This document shows, in pieces, positions 22,521 to 34,546 of a stretch of DNA of 64,000 nucleotides. A program made the translations under genes and the position numbers. Below the pieces are notes generated by a model, which had not been told where the DNA came from, made no database searches, and saw only the letters and a program-made list of their open reading frames with translations. How positions within the stretch are numbered: position 1 is the stretch's first letter; every line of letters starts with the position of its first letter. The DNA is from Dudresnaya verticillata (Eukaryota), in NCBI GenBank assembly GCA_977862235.1, contig OZ374558.1:1364001-1428000 (forward strand), in the 5' to 3' direction.

Positions 22521-23330
22521 TGTAGTCGGCAGATCCGTTTAGCTTTGGAAGCTTTGTGATGGGGTCTTGATCCCCAGACATGATCCTTGGCTCTGATGGT
22601 TTTCTAACTTGGCGATGCTACCATGAAACGAGATACTCCCCCGATGCCTCCGCATCCCTGCCTCGGCCCTCTCGGCCTCTCCCTTTATTCAACTACCTAC
22701 TCGTAGTAGCCCTGATATTTCCAGGGTGACCTCGGGAGATTACTCTCTTACAGTACAATTTCGTAAGTAACCTCAGAACAACAACCCCTCTCGGGTCATT
22801 GCTGGCGGTGCATATGGATAAGGCCTCACATACTCCGCCTTACTCACGCGCCCCGGGGCGCTCACGGCTATAGTTAATCGACCAATTATCAGGGGCCATC
22901 TCATTGGTACTGTGTCCAGCAATGCGTGCGGGCTTACGCGCTGTTGCGCAGGGCGCATTACACGCGCCCGTGCTCGCGCGCCAATTACAGGCGTATGGCA
23001 CGTGTATGGCTTACAGCCCCTAGCGGCCCACACGGCTCATTGTACCTGTGAGGCACCCGACGGAAGAGGGCGGCAGTAATGCGATTAGTAGCCGATAATG
23101 GCTAGGGCGCAGCGAATGGCGAAGGAAGGTTGAAGGGGAGGTTGTCTCGAGTTGTTGACAAGCGCGGTTGGCGAAGTAGAAAGGGTAACAACTCGGTACC
23201 CCCGAGGGAGTTGGAGCAGGCAGCTCCCTCGCTACAGATTTAGGGTCACTCCGAAAAGTAACCGTGAAATAAATTCCACTCCAGCCGTCCAACGTACACC
23301 GTGTCACAGGACCACAAGTGGGCGACTGGG
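22521..23330. repeat. Probable old LTR-like repeat, boundaries uncertain
   Basis: Patchy similarity to 37420-37450 and 52205-52570 (ATATGGnnAAGGCC, ACTCCGCC, CACGTGTA...GCTTACAGCCCCTrGCGGC); no TSD found. Confidence 0.35.
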
Positions 23331-23524
23331 AGTGTGCCAAGTATGGCCAATGGGAGAGCAGGGCTTGTCACCCCTCTCACCCACGGGGCCACGTGTAAGG
23401 CTTACACGGCTGGCGGGTGTGTGGCGCGCACTTGGTGCAAGATGGTTGGACGGGTTGGACAACCTTCGGTTCGCCTTTTACGGAATAACAACAACAACAA
23501 CAACTACTACGACTACTCGGTCAC

Positions 23525-24199
23525 TCACGCCTTGGGCTTCCACGGCGCAAGACATCCCGCCGCGCCGCCGCCGCCGCCCTCGCCGCTCTTCTTCGTCTTC
23601 TTCTTCTTCTTCTCCGCAACGCGTTGCCACAGCCCGGCGAACACCACCTGCTGCCCGAGCGTGTCGGACCCCACCACCAGCGCGCTCGACACCACCACAT
23701 CCACCGTCCACACGCACAGGTTGTTCACAAACAGCCTCACATCATCGCTCGTCACCAGACACCCCACCTTGACAACCTCCCCGCCCACGCCCTCGCCCGT
23801 CACCACGCCGCGCCGCGCGTGCCGCGCCCCGCCGCCGCGCACCTCGAACCACAGCGCGTGCCGCTGCTCGCGGTACGGCCGCACCACCACGCGAATCTCG
23901 TCTCCACCGCCGCGCGCCGCGCGCAGCTCCGCCGCCGCCCCGTGTCCGCTCACGCGCAGCACAGCCTCGAAGTACGGCTGCCGCACGCCGCGCGACCGCG
24001 AAGACCCGCCCACGCGCTCCCACTGCGCGTGCGCGCCCACCGCGGCAGGCACGTCGCGCGTCGTCGACGTCGCGTGGAACGACCCCGCCAGCGCCGGGAT
24101 GTGCGCGTGCAGCGCCTGCGGCGGGGGCAGCGCCGCGGCCGTCGCCGTCGCCGTCGCGTCGTTGTCGTCGCTGCGCGCGCTTGGCGTTCCGGGAGACAT
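23525..24199 (-). CDS. Host hypothetical protein, 224 aa
   Basis: ATG-to-stop ORF with strong GC3 bias, beta-rich core and poly-K tail; TATA-like TATATAA about 80 nt upstream. Confidence 0.6.
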   Translation of the reverse strand: MSPGTPSARSDDNDATATATAAALPPPQALHAHIPALAGSFHATSTTRDVPAAVGAHAQWERVGGSSRSRGVRQPYFEAVLRVSGHGAAAELRAARGGGDEIRVVVRPYREQRHALWFEVRGGGARHARRGVVTGEGVGGEVVKVGCLVTSDDVRLFVNNLCVWTVDVVVSSALVVGSDTLGQQVVFAGLWQRVAEKKKKKTKKSGEGGGGGAAGCLAPWKPKA

Positions 24200-24787
24200 C
24201 GTGCCTTGCCTAGCTAGCTAGCTGTGCTCGTGCCACCGCCAAGACGCCGGCGGAGCCGCGCCCCGCCGCGCAGCCGCTCTTATATACTCGTCTCCGTCCG
24301 CGCCGAGGCAGCCGAGCCGACGCGGCCGACGCGGCCCGCGCCGCGCCGCCGCGCTTGCGGGCACATTGCGCGCCGCCACATCACGCCGAGCGCGCCGCGG
24401 AGGAGCGGGCCCGCTATCATAGCCGCGCCGAACGTCAAGTCAAAGTCCAGACACTCGGGGCAAATGCAAACACCAAAAGAGCAACACGACTTGCGCACTG
24501 TTCCCGCACTTTGCCAAACCACCGCTCTCTGCCCGTCTGCTGCTTTGCATTCACGCCGCCGCCGCCGCTGCCTGCGCCACCACCACCGCCCCCGCCTCAA
24601 ATGCACCCGTCCCCGCCTCCTCCGTCGCCGTCGCCGCCGTGTCGAATGCAACCACCGCTGCCGCCGCCTCCGCCGCCATGCCCGCCATGACTGCGCCCTG
24701 CTCCGCGCCACGCCTCGCGCTGCTTGCTCGCCCGTCGCGCCGCCGCCGCCGCCGCCGCCGCATAAAGACCCGCAGCCGCCGCTCCTC

Positions 24788-24878
24788 CCACCACCACAAC
24801 CACCACCACAACCACCACCACAACCACCACCACAACCACCACCACAACCACCACCACAACCACAACCACAACCACCAC
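24788..24878. repeat. (CCACCACCACAA)n / (CCACAA)n simple repeat just upstream of ATG 24886
   Basis: Directly visible. Confidence 0.95.
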
Positions 24879-24885
24879 CCGCGCC

Positions 24886-26235
24886 ATGCCGTCCCCACCC
24901 GTCCTCCTCCTCGCCCTGCACCTCGTGCTCCTCCCGCTCTCCATCGCCCTCACGCCCGAAACACGGCTCACAAACCTAACACTGGCAACCCAGGCCACCT
25001 CGCACGCCTACACCCACACCTTTGCTTCCCGCACCCGTGCCACCCTGTACCTCAACGGCCACCGCATCGCCGCCCTGCCCGCGTCAGGCGGTCGCGTTGT
25101 CATAACCCCGTCGCGCCCGCCGCGCCGCGGCGACGTCTACACAATCGTCGCCTCCCAACCCACCTCCTCCAAGTCCATCCGCCCTGGCGTCTTCTTCTCC
25201 TGCCCCGCCGCCCGCACCGGCCCCGCCTGGCGTGCCGCCTTTTCCACCGCCCGCGCCGCCCGCGCCACCCCCTGGCGCCGCCGCTTCTTCTACGTCCCCG
25301 TCTGCCGCTGGAGACGCGCCCGTGCCCGCGCCAACGCCTTCATCTGGCCGCGCAGCGCCTCCGCCGCCTCAGCAAACCAGCTTGCCCGCTTCCGCTTCGT
25401 CGTCGGCGCCGCAGATGACAAGACGTGCAAGGGCAAGCCCGCCACGCTCTTCGTCGCCGCCACCGACCGCGCCTGGGTCTTCCTCAACGGCCGCCACGTC
25501 GAAGACGTCCTGTCCAAGCGCCGCGCGCGAAAGGTCGAGCTCCGCCTTTCCAAGGGCGACGTGATCGCCGTCAAGGCCATGGACGTCGTGCCCGTCCGCC
25601 GCACGCCGCACGAGTATGGCTTTGCTGCAGACCTGCTTGTCGGTGGCCGCCATTTCACCACGCGCCCCGGGCGCGGCCCGTGGCGGATGGTCGCCATGTA
25701 CGACGCGCCCGACGCCGCCTCCAAATTTGCCTTTATGCGCAGCGGCTTTGATGACTGCGCGTGGCCCCGCCCCGTGGCCCCGCGCCACGCGCCGAGGTCC
25801 CGTGCCGCCGGCTTTCCGTTCCGCTACGGTGCCAAGTACGTCTGGGCGAGCGATGCGCAGCGCCCAAGGAGCGTCGTCTTTGCCAGAATGGTTGTTGGCG
25901 GCGGTGCAAATCGCTGCCGCAAGGTTGATGGGCAGGGCGATGACCCGTTGCCGGAGACGTGTCCGTGTGAAATGGTGCAATCGGCAAAGGGCTCGGTGTG
26001 CTACTACTTTAAGGACACCAGGAAGCATGTGTGCGACATGCGGCAGTGCGAACCCAAGTATGTTTGCACCGGCAAGGACATTTCGTCGTCTGGTGCACTC
26101 ATTTGTGTGCGAAAAGAGGTTGTCAACCGAATTGTTCGAAAGGAGGGTTACCAAGAGCCTGGCACGTTTTGCAAGCTCAAACACGACCCGCACCACATCT
26201 ATGTGCCGTACGGCAACGGCGCTTCGCAGTGGTAG
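24886..26235 (+). CDS. Secreted protein, 449 aa; putative carbohydrate-binding beta-sandwich module(s) plus Cys-rich C-terminal domain
   Basis: Hydrophobic signal peptide; two L-x-LNG...GDV units, FDDxxW motif; C-terminal CPC...CYYF...C..RQC..KYVC. Confidence 0.75.
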   Translation: MPSPPVLLLALHLVLLPLSIALTPETRLTNLTLATQATSHAYTHTFASRTRATLYLNGHRIAALPASGGRVVITPSRPPRRGDVYTIVASQPTSSKSIRPGVFFSCPAARTGPAWRAAFSTARAARATPWRRRFFYVPVCRWRRARARANAFIWPRSASAASANQLARFRFVVGAADDKTCKGKPATLFVAATDRAWVFLNGRHVEDVLSKRRARKVELRLSKGDVIAVKAMDVVPVRRTPHEYGFAADLLVGGRHFTTRPGRGPWRMVAMYDAPDAASKFAFMRSGFDDCAWPRPVAPRHAPRSRAAGFPFRYGAKYVWASDAQRPRSVVFARMVVGGGANRCRKVDGQGDDPLPETCPCEMVQSAKGSVCYYFKDTRKHVCDMRQCEPKYVCTGKDISSSGALICVRKEVVNRIVRKEGYQEPGTFCKLKHDPHHIYVPYGNGASQW

Positions 26236-26441
26236 AGGCCCACATGGTATTGGCAGACCTCAATGCTATACGACTTTATGAAGTCGCGTCATCGCTCTGC
26301 CAAGCATGCTAGGAGCTGTGCCCGTGTCTGCCCCGTTGCTTTGTTCCGTGCGACACAATAGGATAAAACAATCGACTTACAACCGTCCCATTAGGCTCTT
26401 GTCCCGTGCCTTGTTTCTAGGACGATGCCTGGAAAATCAAT

Positions 26442-26490
26442 GCACACACACACACACACACTCTCTCTCTCTTTCTCTCTCCCTCCCTCG
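26442..26490. repeat. (CA)n(CT)n compound microsatellite
   Basis: Directly visible. Confidence 0.9.
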
Positions 26491-27139
26491 CTCGCTTACG
26501 TGTACCCTCTCCTCCACTCAGGATCCCAGTAGTAAACGACACAAAAACTCTCAATCCAGGGGATCTCTTCGTGCTTCACACGCGTGGCAAATAGCAATCA
26601 TGCATTTGCAGTGCTCCTTCCAAGGGTTCAACGCGTTACGGCAGGCCATGTCAGGGGCTACATCTGTTTATGGTTGAATTGTGAAGCAAGAGAATAGACA
26701 ATTACGGCAGAATACCGCATTTGGTTAGTAGCCTACTACATTTGCTCGTGTGGTGTGTATTACTTGAAGGCGAGAGGAGAGTTGAAGTCCAAAGTCGGGA
26801 TATGTCAAACATGAGCCGGCGTTGATTTCGAGCAGAAATCAGAAGGTTTGCAAAGGCAGCGAGCTTTCCTCGCCGCCGACTCTTTCTTGGTCTCTCCCTT
26901 GAAGCTGACGCTTGACTGGATTGCTGACCGGCCCCTTATGGCGGCAGTCGCCATTTGGAAGAAATAAAGTGACGCTCTCCGACATGCGTCCCGCACGGCT
27001 GTCAAGGCAAGAGTGAAAAAATCCTCAGCGTCCGGGCACAGCCTGTACGTAAAACAAGTCAACCGCAGTTTCAGTGTCACAGTTTTCAAACTTCGAAGAC
27101 TGCTCTACTCTTCTCGATGCTTTTTCCATTGTACTCACT

Positions 27140-28711
27140 ATGACCTCTTTTTCCCCATTCCACTCCCGATACACAGCCATTGTGCTTCTCTGCGTTGTGG
27201 CATCTTCCCAGAGTTGCACCTCTGCGCACAAGACGGGAACGCTGACGGAGACCAAGTTTTCAATCAATGAAGAATTCATTCTTACAAACGAAGCCATCGA
27301 CGTTGCAGAGCTTATTGAGAAGGTGATTAAAGAAGAGCCCCCTTCTATGGATGGAGTTGATGCAAGGGGCGATGCAAGCGATAGATCTCTGTTAGTACAA
27401 ACTAGGCAAGAGCAAGCCTTGAGCAAGCAGAAAAAGATGAGAAGAAGGTTGAGGAGAAAGTTCCGGAATTGGGCAAGGAAATATCGTAGAGCAGAAAGGC
27501 GGAAGATTAAGAGAGGAAAAGTAGATCAGGCTTGTCTTATCAACGACTACGAAGAGCGTCATGGTTGCTGCGAATTGAAAATTCGTGTCGAGGACGAAAG
27601 GTATGAAAGGAAGACAGGGAAGGCGCCGTTGGTGAAGTTTGGGAAAAAGGTTGCCTTCTGTGAGAAAGTTACTGAGGAGCTGTTCAACTCGTTGACAGAG
27701 GAGAGCATCCATCTGCCGGCTGACGACGAGAATAAACTCGTCTGTGACCTGAAGGAAATGGTAGCTCTGTTCCCACCAGATCTTCAGCCTGTCGCCGCGT
27801 TTTCTGTGAAGGCGTCTGCGCTCAGCTCCGGAAATGTTACGACACAAGTCGAATCGACGACGCGAAAGTCAGTAGAAGAGAAAAGGCAGCGCTACAAGGC
27901 CAAGCTGAAGAAATCGCAGAAGCGCAGCGAAGCGAGAGCGAAAAGGAGGGAACAAGCTCGTCGCGAGCATAGGGAATACAGGATACATCGTATCCACAAT
28001 AGTAGGCTGGCAGGGTTCTTGAGTACCATGACAAAACGATCGAAGCTAAAGCATAGAAAGGCGTCTCGACTGGGCGTGGACGTTTTTGACAAGTTTATAG
28101 TCGAGATGAAGAAATTGTACAAAGCCAAGAAGACTGCGGTCTACTTCCATGCTGCAGGGAAGAAATGGAAGACGTGTGCGTTTGTTGAATATAAGACAGC
28201 GTTATCCTCGACATGTTTGGACCTAGAAATCATTGATCCTAATGCCGCAGAGATGTCCCGCCCTCCTATTTGGGGCTGGGAATCTGGAAGAGCAGCCACT
28301 TACAAAACCACCAGTCCAGAAGAGAAGATGGATGCCGTTGATCGCTGGGATTGGTTATTCAATACGTTCAATAATGGCGGTGGCGATGACGGCGGCGACG
28401 GCGCTGACGGCGCTGACGGCGCTGACGGCGTTGACGGCGAAGACGACTATTACGACGAAGACGAAGATGAAGATGAAGATGATGAAGATGATGAAGGTGA
28501 TGATGACGAAGATGACGACGACGACGACGACAACGATGACGACGATGACGACGACGGGACGTCTTCTTCTTACACAAGCATCTACCTTTTCGGATCGCCG
28601 TCTCAATGCTTCACAGTTGATCTGTCGTTCTCGTGCTTCGCAGTGTGTTGCGATACATTGTATTCGTACAGCATATTTTGTTCTACACCTAATCTAAGCT
28701 GCTTCGCATAG
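27140..28711 (+). CDS. Secreted precursor paralog 1 (523 aa, intronless): K/R-rich body, Asp-rich spacer, C-terminal 6-Cys peptide
   Basis: Signal-like AIVLLCVVASS; W-x2-C-(A/G)-(F/W)-(V/I) motif shared with paralogs; ends CFTVDLSFSCFAVCCDTLYSYSIFCSTPNLSCFA. Confidence 0.8.
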   Translation: MTSFSPFHSRYTAIVLLCVVASSQSCTSAHKTGTLTETKFSINEEFILTNEAIDVAELIEKVIKEEPPSMDGVDARGDASDRSLLVQTRQEQALSKQKKMRRRLRRKFRNWARKYRRAERRKIKRGKVDQACLINDYEERHGCCELKIRVEDERYERKTGKAPLVKFGKKVAFCEKVTEELFNSLTEESIHLPADDENKLVCDLKEMVALFPPDLQPVAAFSVKASALSSGNVTTQVESTTRKSVEEKRQRYKAKLKKSQKRSEARAKRREQARREHREYRIHRIHNSRLAGFLSTMTKRSKLKHRKASRLGVDVFDKFIVEMKKLYKAKKTAVYFHAAGKKWKTCAFVEYKTALSSTCLDLEIIDPNAAEMSRPPIWGWESGRAATYKTTSPEEKMDAVDRWDWLFNTFNNGGGDDGGDGADGADGADGVDGEDDYYDEDEDEDEDDEDDEGDDDEDDDDDDDNDDDDDDDGTSSSYTSIYLFGSPSQCFTVDLSFSCFAVCCDTLYSYSIFCSTPNLSCFA

Positions 28712-29466
28712 TTCGATGCCAACCTTCTTTCTATGTCTCACAGTAAATTGCAATCAGCACAGCAAATGTTTTCACCACCTTGTTAGCTAAGAAGCTCTAC
28801 GCTATTTCTACTCACATTGCGCTCTTTTGTAGTCCATTAAGGATCGGGAGGAACCGTCTATTGTACAAAACTTGTAGGAGAATCAACCACCGAACGCTTG
28901 CTTTCGAGATGCCCATTGATGTGCAAGACGATGCGGTAGGTTTAGAACGTGAGCACGTGATGGGGAACAGCTGCTCTTGCAGGCATGACCCGCTCGCAAA
29001 GTGGCCTACATGCGTCAAAGCGTTTCAGCTGGCCTATGTCCAAACCTATCAGCGCTTCACCCATGACATTTGAAAGGAAGACCCCTCCCGCAAAGATTCA
29101 GGTCAACGTGAAAGGTGGTAGGTAATGTTGTCAGTGTATCTTGTCTCAGAGAGGGCATACAGGCCCTCTCTGAGACAAGATCAGCCTGCACAGGAGCAAT
29201 TATGTTGACTTGCTTCGAATAGCGCCCCCGCGCAGAGAGATGCGACCCAACTCGCCGAAATATTGTTTGCGAGAGAGATCGCAAGGTCTCTGTCTTGTTG
29301 TGCGGAAACGTCCTTCTTAAGAGCTGCATGCGTCAAGTCCTTCCAGAACAAAACAACCTATACCATTGCGGAACCCACAACCTTCTCTCTCTTTCCTGCC
29401 CTAAAGAGACCTGCTCCTATCCGGATACCCTCACGGAACCACCCACCACCCTTCACCCAACCCAAT

Positions 29467-30096
29467 ATGTCGCTCCGAATTGTCCCCCTTGTGTGCGCAC
29501 TCTTTGCATCACTCCTCATCGTTAGTCGTTTTGCAGTAGCAGCTCCAACAGATGAGAAAATGTCTCAGTCGACATTGTACAAACCAACCAGATTATTTTC
29601 CGCCTTTCAGCACATTGTCGAAAGCGTGGATTGGGTTGGTCTTCTCAACTCTGTTTCTCAATACAACTCTGGAAACTACCACAACTTCTTGCACAACGAC
29701 GCCTTCGGAAACTTTTCTGAGCAAATACCCGTCTACAATCCCCCAAGCACAGAGCAAGCGAATGCATTGAAGACCAAGCTGGAAGCATTGGAGCTTCTCG
29801 CCCTCAACGCCTCACTCTCTCCGCAAAACAAAACAGACTGGCAACCATTTGCTTCGGGACTAGTCTTTTCTTTCGGCAATGAAACTGCTGCCATGGCTTA
29901 CCACTGGGAGAGACAGCGGTGGATAACATGTGGCTTTGTCAATCTTACTAGCACTGTCGTAGACAAAAATGAGTCTGTCCGAATGTGTGCTTCAATGCAA
30001 TCTGTTGGTCTCTCACCTCCGACCAGGGCACCTATTGAGGGTCTTGACTACATTCTCCCAGCCTCAGGTTCTTCCTCCAATGACGGTGATGACGAT

Positions 30097-30139
<43 letters not shown>

Positions 30140-30311
30140 ATGACGAAGAAGAAACCTCCAATCGAGACTATTATAGCGACTACTACTACAACACAAGTGA
30201 CGCCACCGAGGTTAACTTGGCATCACCCCAGGTAGTTTGTACGTATCCAACAGTTGCGCACGATGAACTTTCCATTCCGTTGCATGAGCAATAATGCGAC
30301 AACTAACCAAG

Positions 30312-30351
<40 letters not shown>

Positions 30352-30471
30352 TAACACGCACATTGCGCAGGTACCACCGACAGAGTGTACGACGCGTGTT
30401 TCTCGTTCTGCTGTCTGAGCTCTTACGAATACGCCGAGTTTTGCAATGGCCAATACGGGATGTGCTACTAA
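29467..30471 (+). CDS. Secreted precursor paralog 2 (290 aa); exons 29467-30238 and 30371-30471
   Basis: Signal peptide; intron 30239-30370 GTACGT...TACTAAC...CAG; spliced end CTTDRVYDACFSFCCLSSYEYAEFCNGQYGMCY. Confidence 0.88.
30313..30348. repeat. (CT)n microsatellite in the paralog 2 intron
   Basis: Directly visible, abuts the branch point. Confidence 0.95.
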
Positions 30472-33400
30472 CCGACAAGAGCAGCAGCGTGTCTGTCTGT
30501 CTCCAGACACCTGCAAGCTTTGTCTGTACCGCAATCTTGTTCCGCAACGGCGGGAAACTCCGGAAGATCTTGAACGATCAAAGACACCTGCCCAGTTGGT
30601 GGTCTCCTTCCCGCCGCGCAGCGGAAGCTTCTTCTTCCCACGGAAGCGGAGAAAGGACTCTTACGACATGAAAAGAAATGGAAGCCTTTACTTGTAAATA
30701 GAACTCCATTCGACAAACCGATGACAACTAAGATAAGAGGATAGAAGCACTTCTAGGCGCTCTTGTCAAGGTATAGGAAGGAGGAGGAAAAGGATGAACT
30801 TGTGAGTGTCAAATCCTTAGGGAGGGAGGGCGGGAAAAGGATGAACTTGCGGAACTCTCTACGAAGAGTTTCCGGCTCCCTTAAGTACAGCCTAGATGTC
30901 CCCGAGAGTAGCGTACAAGGCATTGTGGAGTATCGCCCGGGAGTCTTAATGGGAGTCACTGTTCCTGCATTTGCGAACCATCTTGAGTCGGCGTCAATCC
31001 TGGTGACAACTATTCGGTGGACCATATACAGTACCCTAGATACCCCTTCGGGACGCTCAGCGAAGTTCGCTGTTCTTGGTCAGTCTTTTCATACCTGTAA
31101 AGCGGCATCTTTGACACAACATGAAAATGCGCAATCCGGCACTTAATACGACTTGTAAGCCTTGTCCCTTCGCGATGTGATAGGACTAAACTGATGTTGA
31201 GCGTGACTTACATTTACAAACAAACACTCTTGTGAACAGGAGGTCCGCGCAGACATGCTGCTGCAACGTACGATATGCGTGGTACTGGACATGGGTTGTG
31301 CTCGATGCATCACGTATCGAATCAGTCAAGAGCTTCTTCCTCTTCTTCATATTCTCAACACGTCGGTTTGCACGCGGAGGCGAGCGGAGAGCTAGCTCCA
31401 GCTTCGCGGGGATATTTTCGTTATCCGGAGTCGAAGAAAACTGCTGGTGCGCGTGAACTCATAGAGTAAGCGCAGCAAGCAGGCGGCTCGTCCTTATACC
31501 ACTCGAGCGCTCGGCAAAAGTTGCCTGCGGGATGCGCGGCGCTCATTGTGAGCTGTGTGCGATCCCATCTCACAGTAGCCCCACGGCAGAGCCGTGGAAT
31601 GCCAGTCAGAGTTCAAGCGGAAAGCCTGGCGAGGCGTGCGCGGCGGCGCTGAGCAGTCTCCTCAAAGCGCAGCAGAATAGATCGACTTGGCCACGAGGCG
31701 TCGTGACAAACATGCCATCCGACTTGCGACGGTGCGACGACGCCTCCGCATGACGAATGCTTGTTCACGTTCGGGGCATTCTGCGTGCAATGCTGTTTGA
31801 GTGGCCTCGGCCGGACGCGGGGCGCAGCGAGAGTCCAGCGAGGCAGCCGGGAACGCGCTCAGCGGAGAGCTTGCAGCGAGCAGGCGGTGCAGACCAGCGC
31901 GTGCTAACCGACGGCGATGCTTGCTTCGTTGCAGGCGTTGTGCCCCGGCGCGCGTCGCCCGGGCTTCCCCGCGATGGCTGCCGCCTGCAGCACCAGGGGA
32001 GAGGGCGGTGGGGCGGAGAGAGAGCGCGGCGGAGTGGAGCGGCGCGAAAAGCGCGGGAAGGGACGGACGGAAGCATCGAAAGAACACCTTTTTTCGGGCC
32101 CCGTCTGTGGAGCTCCGACGCTTCAAACTCCATCCGCTGATGCTCAGCTCCGCAGCTCCTCCCGCGTCGCTGCCGCCCGCGAGCGGTCTTCGCCACCGCC
32201 CCGCGCTCACCAACTCCGCCCGATCCGCCTCACCTGCGCGGGCGTCTTGACTGCTCCGCTCCAGGCCCCGCGTCGATCCGCGGTTTCGGTCTTCGCGGGT
32301 GGCTACTCCGCTTCTGCTGCTCTCCCGAACTCTTCAACGAGTTGCGTCGAGATTTGCTGCCGCCGCTCTCAATGTCGCAGAATAGCATCCCAACGAATGA
32401 AGGGCCATGGCAAAGGCGGCCCCGGCCGACATGCGCGCTACGCTGTCGAGGAAAGCAGCTCGAGATGAAAGTGGCAGCACACGTCGTGGTCCAGGCAGTG
32501 CCGCTGTGAACATTTCTGTGAGGGCTCTGTCGGCACGCGTCGCTACAGCGCTGTTGGGATGTATCAGCCACAACAAGGCCTTTGTCCAGATCACCGTGTG
32601 TTCCGCAAAGAAATACCGCAGGAGTACGGTGGATGTCGTACAAGGCGCCAAGAGGTGGCGCATTCGTCGGCTTTGCTCCAACGCAAGTCCCCGTAGGGTC
32701 TTTCTCATTGGATTCAAGTTCAGACAGGCTTAGTCATGATGATATCGGGTACCGCCGCGCCCTCACGGGTTCGAAATGGTGCTTGCAGACGAGATCCCCG
32801 ACCATGCATGGTTGCGATACGATTCTTCTGGGGCTCCATGGAGCGAAACAGTCTCCACCGGCTCGCCCGCGGGCACAGTTCAAGCCATCATGAGCATGCC
32901 CCGCCGTCGCATACACCGTCGCAACCACTTCTGCAAAACGTCGCGGCTGGCAAGCTACACCCCCGCGAACGTCCGTTGCAAGTTCCGATGCTGCGCAGGC
33001 GCCCGTCGGCTTCGCTCTTCTCTCTCGGCAAGGCTGCACTGGTGGCCACTCTCGCATCCCACTTTACAAGCCGCCTGCTGTGCCCGCGCTTGCTCGCTGC
33101 TTGCCTTCCCGCAGAAGCAGGAACTGGAATTGTGAGCTGCGGCCCTGCGCGGTTCGACAAGCTTGCTGCTCAATTTTCGCCTTCGCGGGTCCCCAATGCG
33201 CTTGCGATTATAGCCCCCGGGCTCTTTGCCCCAACTCTTCGGGAGCTGCTTTTGCCGTCAATTGTCGCGCGCGGGAGAGGGTCAACGCTCGCAGGGTCGC
33301 CACGAAGGCAACGAGACCAACTTGCGCGCTGCGCTGGCGTTGTCGCGACTGCTGTTTTTCAAACCTGCCCGCCTGCAAGTGACTAGATCACAGGCGATTG

Positions 33401-34546
33401 CCTACGCGGCACCACGCCACCTTCCGAGGTACTCTGCCCTGCACGGGGTGCAAACACGCCCCAACAGACTGCTTACTCAGCCATACGAGCTTGCTCGATG
33501 AGTTCAAGTTGAGGCGCGCCCGACACGATGACGTTGGCCGCTGCCGCGCTCGCGCTCGCACATTTTCGGATTATCCTTTATTGCCGACGCTTCGGACACT
33601 ATGAGTGTCGACCAACGTCCCAGCTGCTTTCCGTGCCCAAAGGTGAATCGACATCACCAACATGGAATGCAAGTTGTTTGTTCAGACCACTCTCAGTCTC
33701 CACGTTGAAGGAAAGTGGGAAAACGCTTCCACTCCATTCAGAGTATCCCCGGCAATCCTGCCTTCCTGCCGCCAACTTGCTACGTCTTGCAATAGCTGAG
33801 CTCGGTATTCTATGCATCGTACTGGAACCTGTCGTGCCCCGTTTGTATGGAATGTATCGGTCGGCTGTTTAGCACTGGCGCGTTTCTTTCTTTCAGGGTG
33901 ACATCCTGATAGCCTGGTTCACGAGTATTAGCGACACTTCGCCAGGTCCTACCAACGCTGTGCGGTGAGTATGATGCATGCGCTGGGCAATGTCGATGCG
34001 GAAGAAGGACGCTTTCGTCTGCATGTAATTAAGAAGCACAGGAGGCTTTGTGGCGTTCAGCTTCCTTGGCTGAAGTTTCTGGAAGGCAGCTATGCGAATT
34101 GGATGGAATTACGCCTGAGCACAAGTTGTCGATGATGGGAGACGTCTGTACCAGAGGTCATGCTGTCCTGCTCGCGCTCGAATTTGTTGTCGCCATATCC
34201 AGAAGCTTGCAAGGCATGTCGTGTTTGCGTCGCCATTCGAGCAACAGCCGGCTTCTCTTTCCAAGTTCTGACGCCGTCGGGCAATCTGCACTTTCGCCCT
34301 CGTTGGAACCGTGTGGATGGGTGTATCTGGCAGTCGAAACCGGCGAGGTGCTCTTCGAATTATTGTCACAACTGTGCGAGAGATACGCATTGGACGATGC
34401 ACACAGAGAATTGTGCGAGCTCGTTCAAATGCCATGTGTAACACGAATACAGCAGCGCAACGAGTCAAGAGAGCTTGTCTCAGTTCGCCAAGGAGTCACC
34501 GGAACAAACCTAGAGAACGCCAGGTTACACTCTTCTTTCAGCTACA

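Noticed and set aside
23152..25418. Many overlapping Arg/Pro/His-rich ORFs (also at 31500-33500 and 36000-37200)
   Set aside because: Shadow ORFs of GC-rich DNA and simple repeats, overlapping better-supported genes.
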